DNA of 64,000 nt from an uncultured Planctomycetaceae bacterium (GTDB lineage Bacteria > Planctomycetota > Planctomycetia > Isosphaerales > Isosphaeraceae), in contig CAWIAD010000002.1 of assembly GCA_963833985.1 (NCBI GenBank), positions 2,880,001-2,944,000 on the forward strand, written 5' to 3'. The translations under genes and the position numbers were made by a program. The notes beneath the pieces are model-generated. The model was given only the letters and a program-made list of their open reading frames with translations. It was not told the origin of the DNA and did not search any database. Shown piece by piece: positions 19,479 through 30,245 of the stretch; position 1 is the first letter of the stretch, and each line of letters starts with the position of its first letter.

Positions 19479-22400
19479 TTACCTTGTGAACCCGAGCCGG
19501 GACAGCTCGCGATCGATCAGCTCCAGGTTCCAGATCTCGATGATTGGCTCGGTGCCGTCGCACCTGCATGCCAGCCGTCGGCCGGCAGGGTCGAAGGCGA
19601 GGTTCCTCACCACGCCGCGCTGGCCCGGGAGCCGGAGGTCGACGTGCGGGTGGGCCGGATCGACCATCGACCAGAGCAGGACCTGGCCCTGCGGCGAGCC
19701 GACGGCAAGCTGCTTGCCGTCCGGCGAAAAGGCCAGCGTGAAGATGGCGCCCACGGCCTCCTCGCAGGGCGGATCGATGCGTCCCACCACATTCATGCGC
19801 GCCGTGTCCACCAGTGTCACCGTTCCGGTCCGATCACCCACCGCCAGCAGCGTCCCGTCCGGCCGCAACGCCAGGCTGAACAGCCACTCCGGCAAGGGAT
19901 CAACGAGCTCCACCTTGCGCGCCCTGATCCGGCCGCCGCCGGCTTCAGGTTCGAGTGCCCAGGTGACAAGCTTGTTCATCTCGGCAAGCATGTAAAGGCG
20001 GTCGCCACCGGGCGCAAGCTGAACGGCCATCGGGTCGCGCGGCGGGGCCGTGCCGCGGTTCGAGTTCCCCCCACGCTGGCCGCGCGATTCCCGTCTTGTG
20101 CCAGGACCCTGGGGGCCGCCCGTGGTCAATGAGGCCCGGGGCGATGGAGCGGCGTTCGGCGTCCGCTCGTCCTCCTCCGTCCGCGGCGGTGCGATGACAG
20201 GGCGGAGGCGATCCGGGTGGGATGAGTCCCAGATCAGGACGTCGGTGGACCTCACCAGTGCCAGCGTCCGACCGTCCGTCGAACGGGTGAGCAGGTTCTG
20301 GGTCCAGGGCCCAGCCGGCTTCTGGGGGATGCGAAGGAGCGCGGGACTCTGGGAGAGCAGCGAGCCGTCATTCCAGATCCGCAGCCCCTGCGCGTCATGA
20401 GCGATGAGCCGTCCGGCAGCGTCGTAGGCGACATGAGTGCGGCGGTTCCGTTCGGCCTCACGGTCGTGATTGCGCGTCGCGCTGTCGCCCGAGGTGATCG
20501 GGGCGGCGCTCGTGCAGTGGTTACCGCCGTCGCGATAGAACCAGACGTCTCCGTTGTTCAGGCCGATACTCAGGCAGCCTTCGGTGTTGAACGCCATTGA
20601 TGAGGGCCGCGCCTGAGCCTCGAAGCCGCCGAGCTGGACGCGCGCCGCCGAATCAGACACGCGCCAGACCGTGGTCGCCGTGGAGCGGCCTCCACTGCCC
20701 ACGGCGAGCGTGCGGCCGTCCGGTGTGAAGCTCACATCGGTGATCCAGTCCGCGGCTGGTAGCACGGCCAGCAGCTTGTGCGAGACAGTGTCCCAGAGCT
20801 CCGCGTGGTTGCCGATGATCGCGGCCAGGAGGTTTCCCTGAGGGTTGAACCGCATCAGCCGCGGGGTGCCTCGTGAGGAAGAGAGGCTGCTCAGGATCGT
20901 CCCGGCTTCACGGTCCCAGAGCTGGATCGTGTTCCCGGAGGCGGTGGCCATCATGTTGCTTGCGCCCAGGGCCAGCGACGACAGGAACTCAACCTGAGCG
21001 TCGATCTGACCGGTCGGCTGGCCGTCCCAGGCGGAACGGAGCGCGACGGTGACGGTTGTGGGAAGCGCCGTGACCGCACTGCTCCGGTTCATGGCGATGG
21101 CCACCGTCTTGCCGTCGGGGCTGAACGCCGCAATCAAGGCGAACACCCGGCGCAGCGAATCGGGCTTGATCCGGTCCAGAGTCGCGATCGGCTGCTCCAT
21201 CCGGTTCAAATCCCAGAGCAGCACCTCGAGTTCCCCTTCGACCTGGCCGGGGCCCTGGCGTGATCGAAACTCGCCACGTCCCCGTCGCCCGGTCTCAAGG
21301 ATGGTCTCGACGGTTAGCAATCGCTCGCTGGTCGGGTTGGCCATCATGCTCAAAACTCGGCGCCCGGGCGCACCAGTTCGTGCAGGGCGGAGCCCGTGCG
21401 GATGTCGAAAAGCCGCAGCGCCGCGTCGTCCGGGCGGATCACCACCAGGATGTGACCGGCCAGGGCCAGGCGATCTCCCCATGGATTACGGGGTGGTGGC
21501 GGCGGGGTCGTGGTGCCTGTGCTGGAACTGTTTCCGCCCGGGGTCGGTGTCGAGCTGGAGCCCGAGGTCGAGGGCGCGTTCGAGCCCGAGGTCGAAGGCG
21601 GCGAGGGCGAGGTCGAGTTCGAGGCGGCCGCGGCGCGGGGCGAGCCTGCCTGGCTGCGGCTTGCCGGCCTGGCGGCGCCGGCCTCCGCCGCGGAGGCTTC
21701 GCGCCGGGGGACTGAGTGTAGGATGGACCGGAACCGTCATCCAGGGCGATGGTCTCGAACCGCTGTCGCTGCTCCACGTTCCACAGGCTCACTTCCAGCC
21801 CGTCATCGGAAAGCGATGCGAGCACCGTGCCGCCCGGTCCGAACTCGATGCCGCGTGTGGGACCTGTGGGAAATTCCGGGCCCGGACGCACGTCCCGCAG
21901 CACCAGGAATTCGACGGCCCTGTCGCGGAGCTGTTCCGGAGTCAACTGGGCGTTCTGGTCCAGCTCGACGGCTTTCTCCGGGTCCGCGGCCCGCTGAAGC
22001 AGATCCAGGCCCCGGGCGCGGCGGTCGGGCAGGTCCGAGAGCAGCAGGTTGGAGGCACTGGCGAACAGAGCCCGCCGGGCCGCGGCACGGGCCTTGTCGG
22101 CCTCTTGCTCCTTGTCGTGCAGCGCGACGTTTTTCTCGTTGCTGGCCTGGATCGCCAGCTCGCTGGCCAGAATTGCGTCGTTCTTCTCGTGCAGGATCCG
22201 GACGTATGCATACGTCGCGATGCTCAGGACCGCCATGCTGGCAACCGCCGTGACGGCGGAGATGCCCGGATGGCGGCGGGTCACCCGCAGGAAGCGGCCC
22301 ACCGGGCTGATCCGGCGCGCTTTCACCGGCTCGTGGTTCAAGAACCGAGCCAGGTCGTCCGCCAGGGCCGTGGCCGTCGCGTAGCGATCGCCGGGCCGCT

Positions 22401-23952
22401 TGGCGAGGGTCTTGAGCACGATCGTTTCCAGATCGCGGGGAACCCTGCGGTTGAACAGCCGCGGGGCCAGCGGATCCTTGCCGCCAATCTGGTCCAGCAA
22501 CTCCGCGGCGCTGGAGCCGTCAAACGGCGGCCGGAGCGTGAGCAGCTCGTAGAGCGTGGCGCCCAGGCTGTACACGTCCGTGCGGCCGTCAATGGCACCG
22601 GTTCGAGCCTGCTCCGGGCTCATGTAGCGGGGCGTGCCCAGCAGGCTGTCATGATGCGTCAGCCCCGGGTCGGCCAGCCGGCGCGCCAGCCCGAAATCAG
22701 TCATCCAGATAGTTCCCTCTTCATCGATGAGCAGGTTGGATGGCTTGACGTCGCGGTGGATGACTCCATGGTGATGCGCGTGGGCCAGGGCTTCCGCGGA
22801 TTGCAGGCCGACCTCGGCCACCCAGCGGAAGAAGGCAAAGCCGCGCGGGGGCTCGAGCGGCGGTCCGCTCTCATCATCGTCCTGAAATTGCGGCGGTAGA
22901 AAGGCGGGCGACCGCTTGCCGCCGTCAAGGTCGGCGGCCAGCGGCTCGTCCTGCCCCTCCTGCACGGCGCTGCGTTTTCCCATCCATGAGCCGGTCGGGT
23001 CATTCCCGCCGAAGAATCCCGGTCCCAGCGGCGGCGCCGCGGGCGCGGAGACATTCGAGAATTGCGCCAGGCCGCTGACGGCCGGCTCCAGTCCGGCACC
23101 CGCCGGCGTGCAGGCGCTGCCGGTCCACTCCAGGACGTCCACGGCACCGTTGCGCGCCGCAGGCTGGCCCTCATGTGCGCTGTCGTCCTGGAAATGGCGG
23201 GGGCGTTTCCATGGCAAGCTGGACGAAACGCGCTCCCAGAGGCGGCTGAAGTTCGAGCCAAGCTGGGAGGCCGAGCCGGTGTCACGCCCGCTCCCCGGGC
23301 GCGCTCCCCCGCCTCCGCCTCCGGAGCTTGAACCTGACGCTGTGGACCGTGTCTTGCGGAGGTGGCGGATGACCTTGTCCAGTCCGCTCCCGTCGATCTT
23401 CTGCATGGCGTAGTAGCAGAGACCGCCGGCCTGGCCGACATCGAAGACCGGCACGATGTGGGTGTGATGCAGACCGGCGGCGGTCCGCGCCTCGTTCAGG
23501 AACCGTCTCCGCGCCGAGGAATCCGGGGCCGCGTGGACTCCCAGAACCTTCAGCGCCACCGGCCGGTCCAGCCCTACATGGACCGCCTCGTACACGGTCC
23601 CCATACCGCCGCGTCCCAGTTCGCGAACGACCCGGTAACCCGCGATCCGCCGTCCCGACTCGATGCACCGGCCCGGCCCCGCGGCCGCCGACCCGTACCC
23701 TGACCCGTGGCCGGACGCCTGGCCGACCAGCCCGTTCACCAGCTCCAGGCCCTCGAGTGCCGAACGGATGTCTTCACGCAGATCGGGGTAGCCGGCGGCG
23801 AAGTTTTCCGGATCCGGCGCGGTGCCTTGCTCGAGCAAAGCCAGATAGGTCTCGATCGCCTCGCCCAGGCGATCGTCGCTGTCGCCGTCGCCCCCGCCGC
23901 TGTCGGGGCTGGCGGAAAGACCAGTGCTGTCGTCATCACGCCGGTGAGCCAT
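19479..23952 (-). CDS. Ser/Thr protein kinase with TM helix and WD40 repeats (frameshifts near 21705 and 21365)
   Basis: LGRGGMGTVY, VALKVL, HRDVKPSN, DFGLA, GTPRYMSPE, DVYSLG; WD40 motifs FSPDGK, FNPQGN, FTPDGR. A third frame (..PRNPWGDRLALAGHILVVIRPDDAALRLFDIRTG..) bridges the two ORFs. Confidence 0.9.
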
Positions 23953-24601
23953 CTTCGTACCTCAGAGACCCCCCAGGTGGGCCCTCGAGCGATCGTCTCA
24001 GTCGTTTCAGACCCCGCGCCCAGATCCCCCGGACCGACTTTCGGCTCAGCGCCATTCGCTCGCCGATCGCCTCGAAGGACAGGTTCTCGGCATGGTAAAG
24101 CCAGAGCACATCGGCTTCGGGCTCGGGCAGCACGTCCAGAGCGTCGGCCAGCAGGACGATGAGCTCACGCCGGCTGACCACCTCGCTGGGACTGGTCTGG
24201 CTCAGGGCCAGCATGTCCAGGAGCCGCCCGCCTCCCTCGCTGGCCCGGACCGAGCCCCCCGGCTCGTAGGGCGCGTCCAGCGGCAGGATGCTGCCGGCGC
24301 CGGTGCGCTTGGACCGGCTGTGATAGCGCCCCAGGTCCGCCAGCTTCTGTCCGACCAGCCGCCTCAGCCATCCCACCAGGGCGGCCTCATTCTGGCCGGT
24401 GAACTGGGGAAACTGCCGGACGACCTCGACGAGGGCCTCCTGAACCACGTCGGAGAGCTCCAGCCGCTCGCGCAGCCGGGGACCCAGACCGGTCCGTACG
24501 ATCATCCTCAGGTAATTGCGATAGAGGGCGCAGAGTTCGCCCAGCGCTTCGGTTTCACCCGCGCGTGCCCGGGTCAGCAGTTCGATCGGACCATCGGCCA
24601 T
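23936..24601 (-). CDS. ECF sigma factor, kinase-associated planctomycete type
   Basis: LLTRARAGE..ALGEL, YRNYLR, SDVVQE, region 4 LSFEAIGERMALSRKSVR; overlaps the kinase start by 17 bp. Confidence 0.92.
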   Translation of the reverse strand: MADGPIELLTRARAGETEALGELCALYRNYLRMIVRTGLGPRLRERLELSDVVQEALVEVVRQFPQFTGQNEAALVGWLRRLVGQKLADLGRYHSRSKRTGAGSILPLDAPYEPGGSVRASEGGGRLLDMLALSQTSPSEVVSRRELIVLLADALDVLPEPEADVLWLYHAENLSFEAIGERMALSRKSVRGIWARGLKRLRRSLEGPPGGSLRYEDGSPA

Positions 24602-25117
24602 CTGCATCGGCTCTATTGCTGGAATACCGCATGACCGGAGCCTGTGGGATGGAGCAGGTCTGAACGCGAACCCTCGTGGTCCGGCGGGATTGAGCCGGAA
24701 GGTCGGCCGCGACTTGCCCGCTCGCGGGGCCCTCCCGAACCAGCCGACGGCTGAACGATTCTCTACTCACTTAGGCGTCAGCCTGCCATCCTCTGGACCC
24801 GGTTCCCCGAAAATCGGCTCTCCTGGCTGCGGTCTGCGTACCACCATCTCCACTCTCTTCATGATCGAGAGAATCCGCGCCCGCGGCAAGCCAAATACCG
24901 GGTCCGGCCAGCCGGCGAACCCGGGTGCGCGGAGGCCCTGGCGGTTCCGCGCGCTGCGGGCTTCCGCGCCCACCGGGTTTTGGGGGTCGCCGCGCGTGGC
25001 TGCCAGCGATCAGTCCCGCGCAAGAAAAGGGCCCGGCGACGCATGACTGCATCGCCGGGCCTGGTATCTGTCCAGTAGTTGCCTGGGCTCCGGACCCGCG
25101 GTTCGGAAGGAGACTGC

Positions 25118-25780
25118 TCAGGCCGTGGCCTTGCGGCGCCGAAACTGAACGTAGCGCCTCAGGCCGAGTCCGCCCACGGTGGTCAGGAAGAGGGCGATGG
25201 TGCTCGGTTCGGGAACCGGAGATTCCACCAGCGTGACCAGCCCCTGCGCGGAGGTGGTGCCATTGTTCGAGGTCGAGGGCGAAAGCAGCAGCGAGGTGGT
25301 GGGCAGGCTGAATTCCGCCGTGCCATTGCCGCCCAGGCTGATCAGCCCGTTGGGGACCGGGTTGAAGGTGGCCGTCACCGTTGAACTCGAGGGCCCGCTA
25401 TTCGCACCATTGAGCACGCCGCTCAGCACCACGGGAGAGTCCGTGGAAATGGTCGCGTTCGAGCCGTAGGCCGCGGGCAGCAGGCTGATCTGGAAGGGCG
25501 TGTTCTTGTAGGTCGTCGTGACTCCGGCCGCCAGCGGCGAGATCACGAAATTTCCCAGGCTCAGGTTGGTCTGGCCGGTGCTCAGGTCGACATTGTTGCC
25601 GGTATTGAGCGGGACGAAGCTGATGACGTTCGTGCCGGTGACTCCCGTCTTGGTGTCGACCTGGCCGGACGTGGTGTAGGAAAGGGGAGCGGCCGTGGCA
25701 CCAGTCGCAGTCCAGGCGACGAGTCCCAGGGCGATGACCGTGGCCCGCAGCCCAGTCCACCCTTGAATCTTGACCATCAT
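25118..25780 (-). CDS. PEP-CTERM sorting domain protein
   Basis: GGAGGA RBS; signal peptide; Ser/Thr-rich body; C-terminal VPEPSTIALFLTTVGGLGLRRYVQFRRRK. Confidence 0.93.
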   Translation of the reverse strand: MMVKIQGWTGLRATVIALGLVAWTATGATAAPLSYTTSGQVDTKTGVTGTNVISFVPLNTGNNVDLSTGQTNLSLGNFVISPLAAGVTTTYKNTPFQISLLPAAYGSNATISTDSPVVLSGVLNGANSGPSSSTVTATFNPVPNGLISLGGNGTAEFSLPTTSLLLSPSTSNNGTTSAQGLVTLVESPVPEPSTIALFLTTVGGLGLRRYVQFRRRKATA

Positions 25781-26121
25781 TTCCTCCTGAAAAGGATGGG
25801 ATTGTGACGTCACAATCCATTCGCTTGGCAATGTCTTCGTCTGGACTCGAGCTGTGGCGTCCTCACCTGGACTGACACGCCCCGGGCCAACGCACGGCAC
25901 GGGCCAGGCCTGGTCGCAAGGTGGACGAACGACACCAGATCAAAGCATCACATCCCCGACCGGATCCCTTCACCGGTCTGCACAGCGGACTCGCTGCCGT
26001 AGCGTTGCACGACCTGGAACGAGAGGAGGCAAAGAATTGAAGTCATCGAGCATCCCTGCCAGCCTCGAAACCCGACCATGAGTTCCGTCGTCGCGAGCCA
26101 AGGGTGTGAAAGAACGGCGGA

Positions 26122-26150
26122 ACGATAACCCGGGACGCACGGGCTGTAAA
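26122..26150 (-). promoter_or_regulatory. Putative sigma70 promoter for the PEP-CTERM gene
   Basis: Minus strand TTTACA-N17-TATCGT preceded by an A-rich tract (UP-like) just after the priA stop. Confidence 0.5.
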
Positions 26151-26216
26151 CGCGACTTTGCGGTTTCTTGAGTTTTTTTTCCCTTTTGTCGATCGTCCCA
26201 CGATCCCCGGCATTCA

Positions 26217-28620
26217 TCACAACATGCTGATCGGGTCGACATCCACGGCCAGCTCGATACCCTGCGGAGGAGGGAAACGCCCGGGCAGGTCGCGCACCAG
26301 CGCTTGCAGCGGGCGGGCGCTGGCGCACCGCGCCTGGAGATGAAAGCGGTACAGGTTGCGAATCTTCAGGATGGGCGCGGGGGCTGGCCCGAGCATCCGC
26401 ACTGACGCGGGCGCGGCCTGGCGCAGCGTGTCGGCCAGGCGGCAGAGGTACGCGTCCACGTCGGCCTCTTTCGTTCCGCGTGCGATGATGCGCACCAGCC
26501 TGCCGAATGGCGGCGCGCCGAACCGCTCGCGTTCCGGCAGCTCGCTCTGGACGAACCCTTCGTAGTCGTGCCCGGCGGCATGGCGGATCGCCGGATGATC
26601 GGGAGAGTAGGTCTGCACCAGCACGCGCCCCGGCCGGTCGCCGCGGCCGGTGCGGCCGGCCACCTGGGCCACGAGCTGGAAGGTGCGCTCCGCGGCACGA
26701 AAGTCGGGCAGGTGCAGTGCCGTATCGGCGCTCACCACGCCCACCAGCGTCACGTTGGGAAAGTCCAGCCCCTTGGCGATCATCTGCGTTCCCAGCAGGA
26801 TGTGCACCTTGCCGGCCTTGAAATCCGCGAGCACTTCCTCGTGGCTGCCTGGCCGGCGCATCGAATCGGAATCCATGCGCCGCACGACGCGCTCGGGGAA
26901 CGTCTCCCTGACCTCGCGCTCCAGCCGCTCGGTGCCGATTCCCCCGTAATGCAGTGCGGGTGCCGCACACGCCGGGCAGGCGGGCGGGCAGGGCCGTTCG
27001 GCATCGCACGTATGGCAAATGAGCAGGTGCCTGCCGCGATGGTACGTCACCGAGACATCGCAGGCATGGCACTTCACCACGTACCCGCACCTGGGACAGA
27101 CGACGAACGTGTGATATCCCCGGCGGTTCAGCAGCAGAATGACCTGTCCGCCTTCGTCCAGGGCCCGCATCATGGCCTGCCGCAGGGTCTCGCTGAGCCC
27201 GCCGGCGAGGTGTTTCTCGTGCCGCAGGTCAATGAGATCCACGGCCGGCATCGGCCGGCCCTCCACCCGGCTGGGCAGCACCAGCCGTGTGTACCGCTGG
27301 CGCTCGGCGTTGTGCCAGCTTTCCAGCGACGGCGTCGCCGAGCCCAGCAGCACGGGCACCTGCTCGAGCTGGGCACGCTTCACGGCCACGTCGCGGGCAT
27401 GATAGCGCGGCGCCGTCTCTTGCTTGAACGTGCCTTCGTGCTCCTCATCAATGACGATCAGCCCCAGCCTTCGCGCCGGTGCGAAGATCGCCGAGCGCAC
27501 GCCAACGACCACCTCCACGTCGCCCGCGGCGATGCTCTGCCAGTGGCGGTGCCGCTCGGCATCGCTCAGGTGGCTGTGCAGCACCGCGACCCGCGCAAAG
27601 CGCCGGCGGAAGCGCCTTATGGTCTGCGGCGTGAGGCTGATCTCGGGCACCAGCACGATGGCCTCGCGGCCACGCGCCACCACCTGCTCGATCGCCGTCA
27701 GGTAGATCTCGGTCTTGCCGCTGCCGGTCACTCCGTGGATCAGCACCGGAGTGAACCCGCCCTCCTGCAAGGCCGGCCGCAGCGCGGTCATCGCGGCGTC
27801 CTGCTCCGCGGTCAGCACCAGGCGGGGCCGCGCAGCCGGGGCGTCACGGGCGCCATCGTCCGAGAGTCCGGCACCCGAACCCTCTGCGGACTTCTCCGCG
27901 GGCGCGAGCGTCACCATCGACCCGGGCTTGACGGCGGCCGGCTCTGATCGGGAAGCGAGCCGGCGACGGACCGAATGCACCAATCCCCGGCGCCGCAGGG
28001 CCAGCACCGGGCCGGTGGCGCAGCGCCAGGCGGCACACGTCGGCCAGCGAGAGCGGCTCCTCCGCGCGACAGAGGACCTCCAGCGCGGCCGCCTGCTTGG
28101 GGGAAAGCCGCGGCCGTGCAGCCTCGTCCAGAAGCGACTGGCGAACGTCCTCGGGAACCAGCAGGAACGTGCCGACCCGGGTTCCCGCCTGGTTGCGCAC
28201 CCCCGCAGGTACGGCGGCGTCGAGCGCCTGGCCCCACGAGCAGACGTAGTACTCGGCAATCCACCGCGTCAGCTCGAGCATCCGGGCATCGATCAGCGGT
28301 ACGGCGTCGAGGATCTCCGCCACGTCCTTGAGCTTGACCGGGCCGAGGTCCGGCGGCGGCGACTCGTCCACGCGCACGCAATAGCCCGTCGCCATCCGGT
28401 CGCCGCGTCCCAGGGGCACCCGGACGCGCTGGCCGGGAAGGATGGCCCCGGCAAGCCGCTCGGGGACCCGGTAAGTCAGGACCTGCTCGATCGGCCGGTT
28501 CACAACCACTCCCACGAACGGCCCGCGGGGTGGCGGAGGTACCTCGTTCCGCAGCACGAACCCGGAGTCCTCCCGACCATCGGGACCGGCGTTTTCGCGC
28601 TGGGAGTCCGCGTCCATCAT
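26217..28620 (-). CDS. priA: Primosomal protein N' (frameshift near 28025)
   Basis: LTYRVP..GQRVRVPLG N-terminus; HGVTGSGKTEIY, LVPEISLTPQ, DEEH, LNRRGY, four CxxC motifs, GTQMIAKGLDFP. Confidence 0.95.
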
Positions 28621-28837
28621 GATTGACAAGGCTCTGCTCTCGGGCCTATCGTCGAGGGTCGACGCCGGGTGGATGAAGTTCGCACAGCCATGCCTCGCGG
28701 AGCGTCGCCCTCTTGCCAGTTCACTCGATTTCTGCACGTCTGTCCACAAGAAAGTGGGGCAAGACCAGGCAGGACAAGGCCAGGCCGGGCGGGGCGGATG
28801 GTTTCAGGCCGGAGAGGACTGGGAGATTCTCGAAGCC

Positions 28838-29437
28838 ATGCGACTGGGCCTTTACGGGGGGACCTTCGATCCCATCCACCTCGGGCACCTGATTCTGGCG
28901 GAGCAGTGCCGTGAAGCCTGCCGCCTGGACCGTGTCTGGTTCGTGGTCGCCGGCGCACCCCCGCACAAGCCGGGCGACCGCACTCCGGTTGCGCACCGCC
29001 TGGAGATGGCCAGCATTGCCATTGCCGGCCATCCCGCCTTCGAGGTCTCCGACATCGAGGCCAGACGTCCCGGCCCGCACTACAGCGTCGAGACGCTCCA
29101 GGCCGTCCATGCCCAGCGGTCGGCGGACGACCTCTTTTTCCTGATCGGCGGCGACAGCCTGATCGATCTGCCCACCTGGCGTGAGCCGGCGGCCATCGCC
29201 CGGCTGGCGACGATCGTCGTGGCCAACCGCCCTGGCATCCAGGAAGTGGACGCGGCCTCGCTGCCGGGGTTCGGCCCCGGCACGAAGCCCCTCCAGCTCG
29301 TCACCATTCCGCCCATCGGCATCGCCTCGCACGAGCTCCGCCGGCGGCTCGCTGAACGCCGCTCCGTCCGCTATCTGGTACCCCGCGGAGTCGAGGCCTA
29401 CATTGAAGCCCATGGACTGTACCGCGAGGCCTGCTGA
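28838..29437 (+). CDS. nadD: Nicotinate-nucleotide adenylyltransferase
   Basis: GLYGGTFDPIHLGH, PPHK, FLIGGDSL, IASHELR. Confidence 0.95.
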   Translation: MRLGLYGGTFDPIHLGHLILAEQCREACRLDRVWFVVAGAPPHKPGDRTPVAHRLEMASIAIAGHPAFEVSDIEARRPGPHYSVETLQAVHAQRSADDLFFLIGGDSLIDLPTWREPAAIARLATIVVANRPGIQEVDAASLPGFGPGTKPLQLVTIPPIGIASHELRRRLAERRSVRYLVPRGVEAYIEAHGLYREAC

Positions 29438-29603
29438 TCGCTGCACGCCGGTCGATCGGTCCAGTGCATCGCGCCCTACTTAAAAAGCGAAAAAAACGCC
29501 GAACAGTCACCCGGACTTCGTCCAGACCGGTCGCGGCGGCGTCTTGGCTTGAGGACGCGGTGAGAAAAGGACGATTCGATGCCGTCCTGGCCCGGGTCCT
29601 TGC

Positions 29604-30245
29604 GTGATGCCGCTTCCTGGCGCGGGAGGGTTCGTCGACCCGCGACGGATTTCGTTGTTGGCACCTGATACCGACTTGCTCGAAAGCGATGCCCGGTTGG
29701 TCACGCGGTTCCAGGCCGGGGATCAGGAAGCTTTCACGATCCTGGTCCGGCGATGGGAAGGTCCGCTCCTGCGAGTGGCCTACCGCATCACGGGGCGAAT
29801 GGCCGAGGCGGAGGATGTACGCCAGCGCGTACTTCTGAAGCTTCTCGAAAACCCAGGTGCGGTGCGCCGGCCCGAGCTTTTCGCCTCCTGGATGCACCGT
29901 ACCGCCGTGAACGACGCACTCAGCGCCCTTCGTCAGAAGAAGCGGCGTGAGCGGCGGATCGAACGGCTGGCGCGGCGTGTTGTGCCGTCCAACGTATCGT
30001 CCCCCGGCGATTCCCTGATCGCCGAGGAACAGGCGCACCGCCTCAACGATGCGCTGAGCCGGCTGGAACCGCAGATACGGGCGATGCTCTCGCTGCGGTT
30101 CGATGAAAACCTGACCTTCGCGGAGATCGCCGCCGTGCTTGGCCGTCCGGCAAGCACGATCAAGTCGCGGTTTGGCCGGGCGGTTGACCGGCTTCGCGAG
30201 TTGATGACCATCACGACGCATGAGCAAGACGAGGCGTCTCCATGA
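29604..30245 (+). CDS. ECF sigma factor
   Basis: DARLV..GDQEAF, EAEDVRQ, region 4 LTFAEIAAVLGRPASTIKSR; start codon uncertain. Confidence 0.9.
   Translation: MMPLPGAGGFVDPRRISLLAPDTDLLESDARLVTRFQAGDQEAFTILVRRWEGPLLRVAYRITGRMAEAEDVRQRVLLKLLENPGAVRRPELFASWMHRTAVNDALSALRQKKRRERRIERLARRVVPSNVSSPGDSLIAEEQAHRLNDALSRLEPQIRAMLSLRFDENLTFAEIAAVLGRPASTIKSRFGRAVDRLRELMTITTHEQDEASP

Noticed and set aside
21049..22899. 616-aa + strand ORF and similar overlapping ORFs elsewhere (e.g. 15968..17779, 54334..55758)
   Set aside because: Antisense to the kinase, GH-like and di-heme genes, with typical shadow-frame composition.
24610..25110. ncRNA in the GC-rich intergenic region upstream of the ECF gene
   Set aside because: Hairpins are possible, but I recognise no family motif and GC content alone can explain them.
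7816..28620. pyk and priA as true pseudogenes or programmed frameshifts
   Set aside because: All motifs are intact on both sides, there are no in-frame stops or slippery heptamers, and the same kind of indel recurs throughout the window, so sequencing error is more parsimonious.
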